Counted from the first letter of the stretch, positions 33,252 to 46,378 are shown. The stretch: DNA of 64,000 nucleotides from Candidatus Oxydemutatoraceae bacterium (GCA_965218975.1 OZ244717.1:1856001-1920000), one strand, 5' to 3'. Notes: a model not told the origin generated them from the sequence alone. Made by a program: numbers and translations.

Positions 33252-34721
33252 CTATATCACATCATTGATATCGGCGCCGTCTCCCGCACCCAGATTTCCT
33301 CCCGTACGTATCGAATACGCTTCCTCAGAGGTATAGTTTTCAAACTTGGAGTACTTCCCTAGAAAAGTCAGACGCGTCTCAAATTGCGGCCCGTTACGCT
33401 GTTTGGCAACATTGATCTCCGCAATGCCGATGTCTTTGGTGTCTTTGTCGTATGCCTCATCGCGATAAATAAAAACAATGACGTCCGCATCTTGCTCAAT
33501 TGCGCCCGACTCGCGCAGGTCCGCCATCAACGGGCGTCGGTTACTCCGCGACTCCACTGCGCGATTTAACTGCGACAGAGCGATCACCGGAACTTCCATT
33601 TCGCGCGCGAGCGATTTTAACGAACGAGAGATTTCGGAGATTTCAACCACTCGGTTATCAGTGCGGTCGTGATGCTTCATTAATTGCAGATAATCAACCA
33701 CAACCATCGCAAGATCGCCATGTTCGCGCTTAAGACGACGAACACGAGCACGCATCTCAAGCGGCGTTAAATTGCTACTGTCATCAATGTAAATCGCGGT
33801 ATTTTGCAAGATAGTCAGCGCACTAGTCAGACGCGCCCATTCTTCTTCCCGCCGTAATTGCCCACGCTTCAAATCGAGTTGATCGATACGCGCAAGCGAC
33901 GAATAAAAACGCATCGCCAACTGGGTTGCCGACATTTCCAAACTGAAAACGGCAATCGGGCCTTTCTTTTCCTGAATTGCGGCGTGAGCGACAAAATTCA
34001 TCGCCAAACTTGTCTTACCCATGCTTGGCCGTCCGGCAACCACAATCAAATCGCCGTTTTGCAATCCGGAAGTCTGATTGTCAAATTCATAAAAACCGGT
34101 GGCAATGCCGGTAATGTGGTCGCCTTTTTCTTTCGCTCTTCGGGTAAGATCGTCAATAAAATCATACGTTTGAATTCCCACCTGCCCTAAGGAAACAAAC
34201 TCTCTCACTTTGTCGGCGTTGGCACTGGCAATCGCAAATATCTTTTCTTCGGCTTTATCGAGCAATTCCATAGCAGTGATGGCTTTGTCGGGTCGTGTTG
34301 CCTCTTCAATGACAGCGTTGGCGGTCGCGATTAAACGGCGACGAATTGATTTATCCAACACAATCTGCGCATAAAACCCAATGTTGGCAGCGCTCGGAGT
34401 GTCTTTGGCAAGCGAGGCAAGATACGATAAAGTGCCGCTCGAGGCTTGACCGGTGTCGTGCAGGCGATCCGATAAAGTGACGGCATCAAAAGGATCGTTG
34501 CGTTCCGCCAGCGTACTGATGGCATGAAATAAAATGCGGTGCTCTTTTTTAAAAAAATCCTCTTCGTTAATCAAATCGGCAACTTTATCCCATGCCATAT
34601 TATCAATTAGCAAACCGCCGATAACTGCTTCTTCCGCCTCCATCGAATAAGGCGGAGTCCGCAATATTTTCACAGCGGCAGAGTGATCCGGTACGGGAAA
34701 AGGGGGAGGAATCGCTGCCAT
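33252..34721 (-). CDS. dnaB: Replicative DNA helicase
   Basis: AGRPSMGKT, VDYLQLM, DLRESGAIEQDAD, KQRNGP. Confidence 0.98.
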   Translation of the reverse strand: MAAIPPPFPVPDHSAAVKILRTPPYSMEAEEAVIGGLLIDNMAWDKVADLINEEDFFKKEHRILFHAISTLAERNDPFDAVTLSDRLHDTGQASSGTLSYLASLAKDTPSAANIGFYAQIVLDKSIRRRLIATANAVIEEATRPDKAITAMELLDKAEEKIFAIASANADKVREFVSLGQVGIQTYDFIDDLTRRAKEKGDHITGIATGFYEFDNQTSGLQNGDLIVVAGRPSMGKTSLAMNFVAHAAIQEKKGPIAVFSLEMSATQLAMRFYSSLARIDQLDLKRGQLRREEEWARLTSALTILQNTAIYIDDSSNLTPLEMRARVRRLKREHGDLAMVVVDYLQLMKHHDRTDNRVVEISEISRSLKSLAREMEVPVIALSQLNRAVESRSNRRPLMADLRESGAIEQDADVIVFIYRDEAYDKDTKDIGIAEINVAKQRNGPQFETRLTFLGKYSKFENYTSEEAYSIRTGGNLGAGDGADINDVI

Positions 34722-34733
34722 TATAACACTTGG

Positions 34734-35186
34734 TTATTCCTCAGCAACGATATTGACTTTGATAACAGCATCAACATCGGCATGCAATGCCAGCGTGATA
34801 GGAAACGTGCCGATCTCGCGCAACGCTTCCTTCGGCAAACGTACTTCGCGACGTTGCACTTCCTCTGCGCAATTGTTCCGAATTGCCTCAATAATTTCAG
34901 CGCTGCCGACCGAACCGAATAATTTATTCCCGCCGCTCACACGTGCGGTCACATTGATTGAAATCCCGTCTAGCTTTTCCTGTCGCGCACGTGCCCGCGT
35001 CAGTTCGTCTCCCGATTGCCGTTTCAATTCGGCCTTCCTCCGCTCAAACTCAGCAATATTCTCAGGGGTGGCAAACTTGGCTTTTTTTTGCGGGATCAAG
35101 TAATTGCGCGCATAGCCGGGTTTAACCCTGACGATATCGCCCAAATCGCCGAGTTGCTCAATTCTTGATAATAAAATGACTTCCAT
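34734..35186 (-). CDS. rplI: 50S ribosomal protein L9
   Basis: MEVILL, VKPGYARNYLIP, KLFGSV. Confidence 0.97.
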   Translation of the reverse strand: MEVILLSRIEQLGDLGDIVRVKPGYARNYLIPQKKAKFATPENIAEFERRKAELKRQSGDELTRARARQEKLDGISINVTARVSGGNKLFGSVGSAEIIEAIRNNCAEEVQRREVRLPKEALREIGTFPITLALHADVDAVIKVNIVAEE

Positions 35187-35210
35187 TATTTTCTCACCGG
35201 TTAATTTATT

Positions 35211-36140
35211 TCAGCCGACCAAGTCGGACCGCTCCACACGACCACGTAAATCGATAAAGCTCTCCAATATTCCAAAAACTCCCACCAAAATTGGCAGCAG
35301 CGGTACGATCGGCGATAACACCAGTGAACCGTAGAACAAAAATAGGAACAATTTCCCTTCATTTAATCTGCTCAACAAAAAATGTACCGTAGCAATGCCT
35401 TGAAACAAGAAAATCGTCATCAAAACAATAATCAACTCGGTGACAAAGCTACTTTCTACCAGCGCCGCCGCTGCCAATATCACCAATCCGAAAACAGCAA
35501 TGGCCTTGCCTAATTTTATCGCAGTAAACGACTTTTTGAAACCGCCCGGTTCGAGCAAGAGAAACTGCCACCAATACGCGAGCAATACGGAAGCAATCCA
35601 AACCAGCAGCATTGATGAAACGGCAAATCCGGTCATTAACTCAAGCAAGGCATCATATTGCTTGACGATGTCGGAGCGACTTTCAAGAAACGTATCTATA
35701 TTGCCTTGCGATGTCCAACGAAAGAAATCCGCCCACATCGCGGCGCTATCCGGAACAAGCAAGAATATTCCCAACACCGCCAGCACAGAAACTACTGCAC
35801 AAAACTGAAATAACATCGACAATGATTGTGTCGTCCGCACTAATTGCACCAAACCGATGATCGGTAGCCATTGCAGAAACAAGAACAAAAATACATTGCC
35901 GGTTTCCGTAAGCATTATCTGAAAATAATCGGTTATCCATAACAGCACGAATAAGATCAATGTCGAGAAAATCATCACGAGCAACGCTCGTTGATAGCCG
36001 AATCGGAAAGCAAACAAGCCGAGTGCGGAACCACTAAGTAAACTACCGAAAGGTACGATCAACGCCAGCCAAGCAAAGCCGGCGATACATAAAGCCGCTT
36101 GTCCGTAGCCGGAAATCACAAATGCGGCGAGTTTCGTCAT
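35211..36140 (-). CDS. Multi-pass membrane protein, DUF2232/YybS-like
   Basis: Hydrophobic throughout; usual position between rpsR and rplI. Confidence 0.75.
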   Translation of the reverse strand: MTKLAAFVISGYGQAALCIAGFAWLALIVPFGSLLSGSALGLFAFRFGYQRALLVMIFSTLILFVLLWITDYFQIMLTETGNVFLFLFLQWLPIIGLVQLVRTTQSLSMLFQFCAVVSVLAVLGIFLLVPDSAAMWADFFRWTSQGNIDTFLESRSDIVKQYDALLELMTGFAVSSMLLVWIASVLLAYWWQFLLLEPGGFKKSFTAIKLGKAIAVFGLVILAAAALVESSFVTELIIVLMTIFLFQGIATVHFLLSRLNEGKLFLFLFYGSLVLSPIVPLLPILVGVFGILESFIDLRGRVERSDLVG

Positions 36141-36179
36141 TGTCGGCGATGTGTCGGAAAATCCGCCGGAAAATTCGCT

Positions 36180-36404
36180 TTAATGTTTATCGCAATAGGG
36201 CAATAAAGCCAAATAACGCGCACGTTTAATCGCCCGCGCCAACTGACGTTGATAACGCGCTTTAGTTCTCGTTACTCGGCTGGGGATGATCTTACCGGTT
36301 TCAGTGATAAAGTCTCCAAACAAGTGAATATCTTTATAATCAATCTCCGTAATGCCCTCTTCAGTAAATTTACAGTACCTTCTGCGTTTCGGATAATAAA
36401 CCAT
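36180..36404 (-). CDS. rpsR: 30S ribosomal protein S18
   Basis: [33 protein letters not shown]; start at ATG 36404. Confidence 0.97.
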   Translation of the reverse strand: MVYYPKRRRYCKFTEEGITEIDYKDIHLFGDFITETGKIIPSRVTRTKARYQRQLARAIKRARYLALLPYCDKH

Positions 36405-36408
36405 TGCT

Positions 36409-36882
36409 TTACTCCTGAATGACGGCGGGTTGTACCGCATCCGACTGCTCCGCCGGAGGGAAACTTTCGCCCATCGCATTGCCGTCAAGCATTGAAGACG
36501 GAGCATACGCTTGCTTCTCTTGCTTCTCTTGCTTCTCTTGCTTCTCTTGCTTCTCTTCTTCTTCTTTCATCGTCAGTATCGGCGAAGCAGCAGTAATTGC
36601 GCGATCACGCTTAAGGATCAAGTGCCGAATAATCGCATCGTTGTAACGAAAAATATTTTGCAATTCTTCGAACGATTTGTCATTGCACTCAATATTCATC
36701 AAAATATAGCGGGCTTTATAAACTTGCTTAATCGGATAAGCCAGCTTGCGCATGCCCCAATCTTCCAGACGATGAATCTTTCCCTGCTCCGACTCAATGA
36801 TCAAACGATAGCGTTCGATCATTGAGTCAACTTGCTCCGCTTGGTCGGGGTGAACCAAAAAAACGATTTCGTAATGTCGCAT
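36409..36882 (-). CDS. rpsF: 30S ribosomal protein S6 with extended C-terminus
   Basis: [25 protein letters not shown]. Confidence 0.97.
   Translation of the reverse strand: MRHYEIVFLVHPDQAEQVDSMIERYRLIIESEQGKIHRLEDWGMRKLAYPIKQVYKARYILMNIECNDKSFEELQNIFRYNDAIIRHLILKRDRAITAASPILTMKEEEEKQEKQEKQEKQEKQAYAPSSMLDGNAMGESFPPAEQSDAVQPAVIQE
36511..36555. repeat. Perfect 9-bp tandem repeat (TTGCTTCTC)x5 encoding (EKQ)5 in rpsF
   Basis: Directly visible in the sequence. Confidence 0.95.
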
Positions 36883-36993
36883 TGTTGTCTCCTTTCGGTC
36901 TGAGACTCCCTCGCGCCGCGGTCGGCGAGTAGAATAAGGATTAAAAAAGACGATTATACACGTCTCGCTTGAACAGAAAAACGTTTTCTGAAA

Positions 36994-37740
36994 TTATGCT
37001 TCAAACTCCTGAATCTGCCGACGCATTTCATATAACAAAACTGCCGCTGCAACCGATACGTTCAGACTTTCAACTTCACCTCGCATTGGAATTGTTGCCA
37101 AATAATCGCAATGTTTTGCGGTTAAACGGCGCAATCCCTTTCTCTCCGATCCGAAAATCACCGCGATCGGACGCCGATAATCAATCGCATCATAACGTAT
37201 CGTTGCTGTAGAATCAGCACCCACCAACCATACTCCCGCTGATTGCAGGCGTTGAAGCACTCGGACCAAATTCGTCACTTTGGCAACCGGAACGCGTGCG
37301 GCGGAACCGGATGCCGCTTTGATGGCAACAGGGGTTAAATCCACCGACTTATCCGCGTTAATTACTACCGCATTGACACCGCATGCTTCCGCCGTGCGCA
37401 AACAAGCGCCTAAGTTACGCGGATCGTTGATACAATCAAGCACCAAAAGTTTGGGCGTGGCGACCGTCGTCACCAGATCAATCAGCTGCTTTTCATTGAG
37501 GTAATCAGGCACCTCACACAAAGCGGCAATGTTTTGATGCGCGGCATTGCCGGTGATCCGCCGAATCTCATCCGATGTTTTTTGCCGACAAAAAATGCCG
37601 GCTTGCTTCACTTGCTCAATCAATATCTTCACGCGCCGTCTATTTTGCAACGCGCCAATCCAAATTTCGTGCACTGTTTCAGGCTGCGCCCGCACTGCTG
37701 CAAGTACACTATTCATCCCATAGATCCAGATCGAACTCAT
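36994..37740 (-). CDS. rlmB: 23S rRNA Gm2251 methyltransferase
   Basis: DPRNLGAC.R, GSE.KGLR, SLNVSVA; follows rnr. Confidence 0.93.
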   Translation of the reverse strand: MSSIWIYGMNSVLAAVRAQPETVHEIWIGALQNRRRVKILIEQVKQAGIFCRQKTSDEIRRITGNAAHQNIAALCEVPDYLNEKQLIDLVTTVATPKLLVLDCINDPRNLGACLRTAEACGVNAVVINADKSVDLTPVAIKAASGSAARVPVAKVTNLVRVLQRLQSAGVWLVGADSTATIRYDAIDYRRPIAVIFGSERKGLRRLTAKHCDYLATIPMRGEVESLNVSVAAAVLLYEMRRQIQEFEA

Positions 37741-39680
37741 TTATTCACGGCATCACCGACACGGCGACGTAGTCGGCGGCGATCACGTGTTTCAGGCAAT
37801 ACCAAATCTATGCGCCGCAATTCGGCATCAATTTGCGCCAAAATGACTTTGATTTTATCCCCCTGCCGATAAGTTGTCCCGGTCCTTTCGCCAACCAAAC
37901 TGAAGTTTACCGCATCAAGTGCATAAAAATCGGACGACAAATTCGTAACGTGCAGAAGACCCTCAACATAAATATTGTCCAGCGCGACAAACAAACCGAA
38001 AGAAGTGGCCGAAGTGACCACGCCGGAAAAGGTTTTTCCGATATGTCGCTCGGCATACACGCACTTCAAGTATTTTTCAACATCGTGCGCCGCATCATCG
38101 GCACGCTTCTCGGTCATCGAACAATGCGCTCCCATTCCTTCCAAACCTTTCTCGCCATATTCCACGCCTGCCGTAGAATCCAACACCGAATGAATGGCGC
38201 GATGCACCAACAGGTCGGGATAGCGCCGAATCGGCGAAGTAAAGTGGGTATATTCCTCCAATGCAAGCCCGTAGTGCCCGATGTTTTCAGGTTGATAAAT
38301 CGCGCGTGTCAAACTATGCAACACGACCGATTGAATCAGATGGCCGTCATCACAATCTTTGGCTCGCTTTAGCACTTCCGCCAGCCCTTTGCTGTCACGA
38401 CCAAAATGAATACCGCATTTATTTAGAAATGATTTTAAGCGGCTGATCGAATCTTGTTTTAATCCGGTATGTACGCGATAAACAAGATTTTTCTTACGAG
38501 CAGTAAGAAACCGCGCGGCACAGACGTTGGCACAAATCATAAATTCTTCGATCAGGCGATGCGCCGAATTTCGCACAGCGGGAATAATCGCACGTACTTT
38601 GCCGGTTTTATCAAATAAAAATATGGTCTCAAGCGTATCAATATCCAATGTGCCGCGTTCATCCCGGCGTTGCAGCAACACCTGATATGCTTGATATGAC
38701 GCACGCAACATCCGTGCTATTTCAACGGTAATGCCAGCGGCGCGATGATGCGATAATTTATCATCGTTAAAGAATTGATCAACTTGGCTGTACGTTAGCC
38801 GTGCACGAGAACGAATCACACCGCGAGAAAATTTATAGCGGACAATATCGCCTTTCGAGCTAAGATTCAAATGACATACTAGCGCCAACTTGTCTTTCTG
38901 CGGACGCAAGGAACACACTTCATCCGACAATACAGCCGGCAGCATCGGCACCACATAGCTAGGAAAATAAACCGAATTGCCGCGATCAAGTGCGGCTTGA
39001 TCCAAAGCGCTACCAGCGGCAACATAACTAGCAACATCGGCGATGGCAACGGAAATGCGCCAACCGCTATCGGTTTTAGCGCAATGAATCGCATCGTCAA
39101 AATCTTTGGCATCCTCGCCGTCTATCGTCACAAAGCAACAATCACGCAAATCTTCGCGCGTTTTACATTCGTCCGCCATTGATTTTTCAGCGGCAGATCT
39201 TTGCGCTTCCGCCAACACTCGCTTTTCCCAAATCGTGGGGATATTAAAAGTGCGTAAAACGATCTCGGATTCCAATCGAGCATCGGCGTAATGACTCAAA
39301 CGGTCAATCACTTTACCGAACACAGTGGAAGCCGGTTTTCTAGGGGTGGTCAGACGCACCAATACAGTCTCGCCGGCCAAGCGCGCTGCTTCGGAAACGA
39401 CGATGCGGTCAACGCCAATTTCATGCAGAGGTTCCACCTGCCCCTGACGGTTCGCTATGCCGACTACTTCTCGGTCGCGTTTCAACAGATGAATGCCGGT
39501 AACTTTGTTGTCGCGGGGTGAGAAACGCACTTCCACTCGATCGCCATCGACCAGCGGCATCGGCATCAAATGATGTGGCAGCGTCATGTCATCATATTGC
39601 CGGTCATCAGGCGCAAATATACTTTCGCCATGCGCCGCAAGGAAAGTTCCGATCAGCTGTTTCTTCATATCAAATTGCAA
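37737..39680 (-). CDS. rnr: Ribonuclease R, short form
   Basis: TIDGEDAKDFDDA, HFTSPIRRYPDL, C-terminal S1 domain; rnr-rlmB order. Confidence 0.92.
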   Translation of the reverse strand: MQFDMKKQLIGTFLAAHGESIFAPDDRQYDDMTLPHHLMPMPLVDGDRVEVRFSPRDNKVTGIHLLKRDREVVGIANRQGQVEPLHEIGVDRIVVSEAARLAGETVLVRLTTPRKPASTVFGKVIDRLSHYADARLESEIVLRTFNIPTIWEKRVLAEAQRSAAEKSMADECKTREDLRDCCFVTIDGEDAKDFDDAIHCAKTDSGWRISVAIADVASYVAAGSALDQAALDRGNSVYFPSYVVPMLPAVLSDEVCSLRPQKDKLALVCHLNLSSKGDIVRYKFSRGVIRSRARLTYSQVDQFFNDDKLSHHRAAGITVEIARMLRASYQAYQVLLQRRDERGTLDIDTLETIFLFDKTGKVRAIIPAVRNSAHRLIEEFMICANVCAARFLTARKKNLVYRVHTGLKQDSISRLKSFLNKCGIHFGRDSKGLAEVLKRAKDCDDGHLIQSVVLHSLTRAIYQPENIGHYGLALEEYTHFTSPIRRYPDLLVHRAIHSVLDSTAGVEYGEKGLEGMGAHCSMTEKRADDAAHDVEKYLKCVYAERHIGKTFSGVVTSATSFGLFVALDNIYVEGLLHVTNLSSDFYALDAVNFSLVGERTGTTYRQGDKIKVILAQIDAELRRIDLVLPETRDRRRLRRRVGDAVNK

Positions 39681-39689
39681 ATTGAAGTC

Positions 39690-39819
39690 AATGCCAAGAA
39701 TAAAGAATTATATCCTTTAATCCGCACCTCTAACCGCGGATGCCGATATAGTTTACGAATTTATACGCTTCTTCAAATTATCCCGTGATGATTCAAGCAA
39801 TATGTGGTGGACCCATACA
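39690..39819 (+). pseudogene. Possible decayed IS481-type right end
   Basis: Ends AGCAATATGTGGTGGACCCATACA (reads SNMWWTHT); shares ATATGT..TGG...ATACA with the end at 6851-6871. Confidence 0.45.
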
Positions 39820-39824
39820 AATAT

Positions 39825-39853
39825 TTGACACATCACACACAAAAATATAAAGT
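39825..39853 (+). promoter_or_regulatory. Sigma70 promoter for tRNA-Leu
   Basis: TTGACA-N17-TAAAGT, 26 bp upstream of the tRNA. Confidence 0.6.
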
Positions 39854-39879
39854 CATTGCCGGTCCTTATTGTATCCTTT

Positions 39880-39966
39880 GCCGGGGTGGCGGAATTGGTA
39901 GACGCGCTAGCTTCAGGTGCTAGTGGAGGTAACTCCGTGGAGGTTCAAGTCCTCTCCTCGGCACCA
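39880..39966 (+). tRNA. tRNA-Leu(CAG)
   Basis: GCCGGGGTGGCGGAATTGGTAGACGCG, CTAGC-TT-CAG-GT-GCTAG, variable arm, GGTTCAAGTCC, CCA. Confidence 0.97.
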
Positions 39967-40318
39967 ACATCAATTTTAGGCTTAAGTCGCCTGAGTTCAT
40001 CACGAATACCCAACGGCTTAAAGGTTTGCAAGCTCGTTATCAGTCACTCAAAAACTCTACAAACCTCCTCGGTAAATCTTCTTGCGGGCAGTATAGGCAT
40101 GCCACTCTCATTTACTTAACACTGTCTGGCGCTCGCACACTCACACTCTATAGGTATTGATATTCTACACGCGGGAATCGCTTTGGTACGTTTTTTAATG
40201 TGCCGACAGAATACGCCGAGCGCATGCTAATAAAGTAAACAAGCGGCGAATAAAACGGTTGATCAAACTTCTCTTCACGTCCGGCAACTTGTTAGACCTC
40301 GTCCGCTCACGTCGCTGA

Positions 40319-42778
<2,460 letters not shown>

Positions 42779-42779
<1 letters not shown>

Positions 42780-42970
42780 CACCAACGTGCCGCATAGACA
42801 ACTAACAGTCCGACAATCATACAACCCAACCCGACAATACGGAATGCACGATCATTGAACGATAAAAAATCTTCCAGAAAACGCCGCGCTGTTTGAGGTC
42901 TGATAAAAGGCAGGATACCTTCCAAAATCAGCACTAAACCGAGCGCCGTCAGAAAATCAGACCATTGCAT
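42779..42970 (-). CDS. DUF2065 (YjeT-like) small membrane protein
   Basis: ALGLVLILEGILPFI.P; between hflC and hisZ. Confidence 0.88.
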
Positions 42971-43005
42971 AAAAAATTACTGTGCCGGAAAGAAACTAAT
43001 TCTTA

Positions 43006-43875
43006 TCAGAATTTCCGGCCATGAGGATTTGAAAAGTAACGGAAAAAAACAGAATCAGGCTCCAGCACCAACATATCTTCTTTTTGCTTAAAAGTGTTCG
43101 TATAAGCGGTGATACTACGTGAAAACGAATAGAATTCAGGATCTTTGTTATATGCTTTGGCATAAATATTGGTGGATTTTGCGTCACCTTCACCTCGAAT
43201 ACGTTCGGCTTCACGGTAAGCACCGGCAATAATCTCAGTCCGCTTGCGATCAACTTCGGCGCGAATGCGTTCGGCTTTCTCTTGTCCTCGCGCACGAAAA
43301 TCACGGGCGACACGTTGCCGTTCGGCACGCATTCGCTCATAAACCGAACCGCTCACATCATCGGGCAAGTCAATCCGACTGATCCGAACATCAATGACTT
43401 CCATCCCTAAAGTGGCGGCGAGTTCATTGGATTTCACTTGCAGAATATTCATGATCTCACTGCGCTCACCGGATACGACTTGTTTAATCGTGCGCTTGCC
43501 AAATTCATTTCTCAAACCGTCTTTCATAATCTGTGAGAGGCGATTTTGCGCATTGCGCTCTTCGCCAAGCGTCGCGCGGTAGTACTGCGTAACATCTTTA
43601 ATCCGCCATTTGACAAAGAAATCCACCGTAACGTTTTTCTTCTCAACGGTTAAAAAACTTTCCGGGCGCGCATTTAAAGTCAGGATACGCGCATCAAAAG
43701 TGCGTACATTGTTGACAAAAGGGTATTTGAAGTGGACCCCGGGAGCAACGTTGGGGTTGATAATTTCACCAAGACGAAAAAGCAATGCTTTTTCACGTTG
43801 ATCGACCGTATAAATGACTGTGGAAGCAAATACCAAAATTACCGCAGCAACCGCCAATAAAATTTTACCGCTCAT
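43006..43875 (-). CDS. hflC: FtsH protease modulator HflC
   Basis: SPFH domain, RMRAER, DPEFYSF.RS. Confidence 0.96.
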   Translation of the reverse strand: MSGKILLAVAAVILVFASTVIYTVDQREKALLFRLGEIINPNVAPGVHFKYPFVNNVRTFDARILTLNARPESFLTVEKKNVTVDFFVKWRIKDVTQYYRATLGEERNAQNRLSQIMKDGLRNEFGKRTIKQVVSGERSEIMNILQVKSNELAATLGMEVIDVRISRIDLPDDVSGSVYERMRAERQRVARDFRARGQEKAERIRAEVDRKRTEIIAGAYREAERIRGEGDAKSTNIYAKAYNKDPEFYSFSRSITAYTNTFKQKEDMLVLEPDSVFFRYFSNPHGRKF

Positions 43876-45049
43876 TAGAACGCCCGTTCTCCCCGCGCAT
43901 GCTACGATTGCTTGAACGCGAACGGCTATTTGACCGCGTATCGCTCTCGCCGCTCAACGCACCCGAACCGCTTTGACTACCGCGGCGTTCCTGAGACGTA
44001 GCATCCCCGCGACTAATCATCTTATCCAGAGGTAAGTAAAATATGCTATCCCCTCCTTCGACATCCATCATCACCTTGCTGGTATTAGACAACACCGACT
44101 CCATCGCTTGCAAATACAAACGTTCGCGCGTTACTTCCGGCGCTTTGCGGTACTCCTCATATAACTTCAGAAAACGCTCCGCTTCGCCTTCCGCATTGGC
44201 AATCACCTTCTCGCGGTAAGCAATCGACTCTTCATTCATACGCGCCGCTTCACCTCGCGCTTTCGGCAAAATACCGTTGGCATAAGCTTGCGCTTCATTG
44301 ACGAAACGTATCTCATCCTCGCGTGCCTTAATCGCATCGGCAAAAGCATCCTGCACCGCCGGCGGCGGTTGCGATTGCTGCAAATTTACGCTGATGATTT
44401 CCAGCCCCGATACATAATCATCCAACGTGTTTTGCATCAAATCTTTGGTTTGTAACGCAATCTCCGCACGTCCGGCGCCGAGAGTGAAATCCATTTTGCT
44501 TTTACCGACAATTTCGCGCAACGCACTCTCCATTACTTGGAAAACAGTGCCTTCAGCAGGATTTTCAAATGCTTCGGTATCGGGCTTACGCACATTGAAT
44601 AGATAATCCCCGGCATTTTTCACCCGATACTGTACCGCCAACTCAACCTCAACAATATTTTCATCCTCCGTCAACATCTGCGCTTCATTTTGCACCGAGC
44701 GGATGCTGTCGATATCCACTTTTTCAACCGCTTCTATCGGCAAGGGTAAATGCCAATGCGGTCCGGGTCCGGTAGTCGTTTGATAAGCGCCGAAACGTAG
44801 AACCACACCGCGCTTCCCTTCATCGATAATGTAAATACCGGATAATAGCCATGCGGCTACAACAACGATAGCAATTAAAGCGGCGCTGGTTGAACCGGGC
44901 CCGATAATGCGGCCACCGCCTTTGCCAAAGATACGTCCGATTCCAGCTGTCATTTTCCGAAATAAATCGTCTAAATCAGGAGGTCTCTGCTTGTCACCGC
45001 CCCAAGTACCTTTCCCTCCGCGATCATTGTTTGATTGATTCCAAGGCAT
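43865..45049 (-). CDS. hflK: FtsH protease modulator HflK
   Basis: MPWN...PPDLDD, MLTEDENIV, APEVTRERLY; start at ATG 45049. Confidence 0.96.
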   Translation of the reverse strand: MPWNQSNNDRGGKGTWGGDKQRPPDLDDLFRKMTAGIGRIFGKGGGRIIGPGSTSAALIAIVVVAAWLLSGIYIIDEGKRGVVLRFGAYQTTTGPGPHWHLPLPIEAVEKVDIDSIRSVQNEAQMLTEDENIVEVELAVQYRVKNAGDYLFNVRKPDTEAFENPAEGTVFQVMESALREIVGKSKMDFTLGAGRAEIALQTKDLMQNTLDDYVSGLEIISVNLQQSQPPPAVQDAFADAIKAREDEIRFVNEAQAYANGILPKARGEAARMNEESIAYREKVIANAEGEAERFLKLYEEYRKAPEVTRERLYLQAMESVLSNTSKVMMDVEGGDSIFYLPLDKMISRGDATSQERRGSQSGSGALSGESDTRSNSRSRSSNRSMRGENGRSNER

Positions 45050-45549
45050 GTAATGAATATTCCTTATGATTCCGAGCTGGCATTCTAGCATAAATGGTTG
45101 AGGGTACGCATATTATTGTACGATGCGACAAGCAACTCTTATGATGGCCGAAACATCGAAAAAATCTTAACAGCCTACGACGGGCTCAATGCGGGACTTA
45201 TATACAAAAGCGTACCAAACTGAGAAAACTACGATCATCGGTGTATAAGGAAATGATACTTGCACTTGTTATTTAATTGCGAAGTATTTGCTTAGGGTGA
45301 TTTTTATAGGGAAAAGACATAAACGATATAATCCGAAACCAAAAATAAGAGGGTTAATATGGCAAAGTGTACAACGAAAAAACGTCAGGTGAGAAACGGT
45401 AATAAACCTGGCCGAAAGACTGTTTCTGTAAAACATCACAGGCGATCTAAACCAAATAAGTGTAAATAATTGATGTGTTAAAGTATACACCACCTTGTTA
45501 GTACCTCATTGATCCTTGTGTTGATTTCAGTACGAATGCACTATGCACT

Positions 45550-46148
45550 CTAGTAAAAGCCAGATGAATTTTCCCCATCTCCGAGTTCGTCAACGACATT
45601 CTGGGGAAGAACGATGACTCCTAAATTACCGCCAGAAGTGGCCGTTGCGCCTTGATCAGAAAGTACTTGTTTGCGGTCCTTCATGCGATAGATACGCGAT
45701 TCGGTCTGAGAACATTTTTGATCGGGTAGTTCGGCGGTCAGATTCGTGATTGCTTCGTGTTTCGCTTTTTTCTGCATATCTGAAAATGGGAACCGGTATA
45801 TGTCAATATCCACTTGTTCCGGTGTTTCGCAGGCAAGCACTATCGGAAACATCGCCGTTGGGTTCGGTTCAACTTCTAGAGGAACAATAAGTGATGCAGG
45901 ATTATAAAAATAGACCACAACAAATACAGCTAGCGCTCCCCCCCAGCACGAAGCCAATTTGACACACTTACCGCTAAGAACCCCGGAATCATCGCCGCTA
46001 CACCAGCCGCAGCGATGGCTAAGAGAATCCGGAAAACAAGGTACTGGAACGACGTCGGATCGTCCACCACTAGTGATAACACAGCCAATACAACCAGGAA
46101 CACTGCACCGAGTATAAAAGCGGGTAGTCGTTGTATCTTTTTCAGCAT
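45550..46148 (-). pseudogene. Membrane protein gene frameshifted at a G7 run (45938-45944)
   Basis: ORF 45930-46148 (...PTSFQYLVFRILLAIAAAG.AAMIPGFL...RAGG) continues in the frame of ORF 45550-46185 (ALAVFVVVYFYNP...); the frame switch falls on the homopolymer. Confidence 0.75.
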
Positions 46149-46285
46149 ACCAAGTCTTTATAACGTCTAGCTCTATCACTGCCAACTGATGTGCCAGGGA
46201 AGCCGCACAGCGAATTTCCCGGTAAATCTGTCGGTCAGTTGATTATGCACCATGTATTTCTCTCCATTAAAATGAAATGATCCGA

Positions 46286-46378
46286 ACCGTTAAACATAAC
46301 ACGGCACACTAACGTGCCTAAAGTAGCAAAAGGTATGCCAGCACAAAAGTGTCCGCATGAGTCAGGAGGTTAAACAAA
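46286..46378 (-). pseudogene. Decayed partial duplicate of hflX (copy of 46911-47004)
   Basis: Manual alignment: 94 columns, 13 substitutions, one 1-nt gap. Confidence 0.88.
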
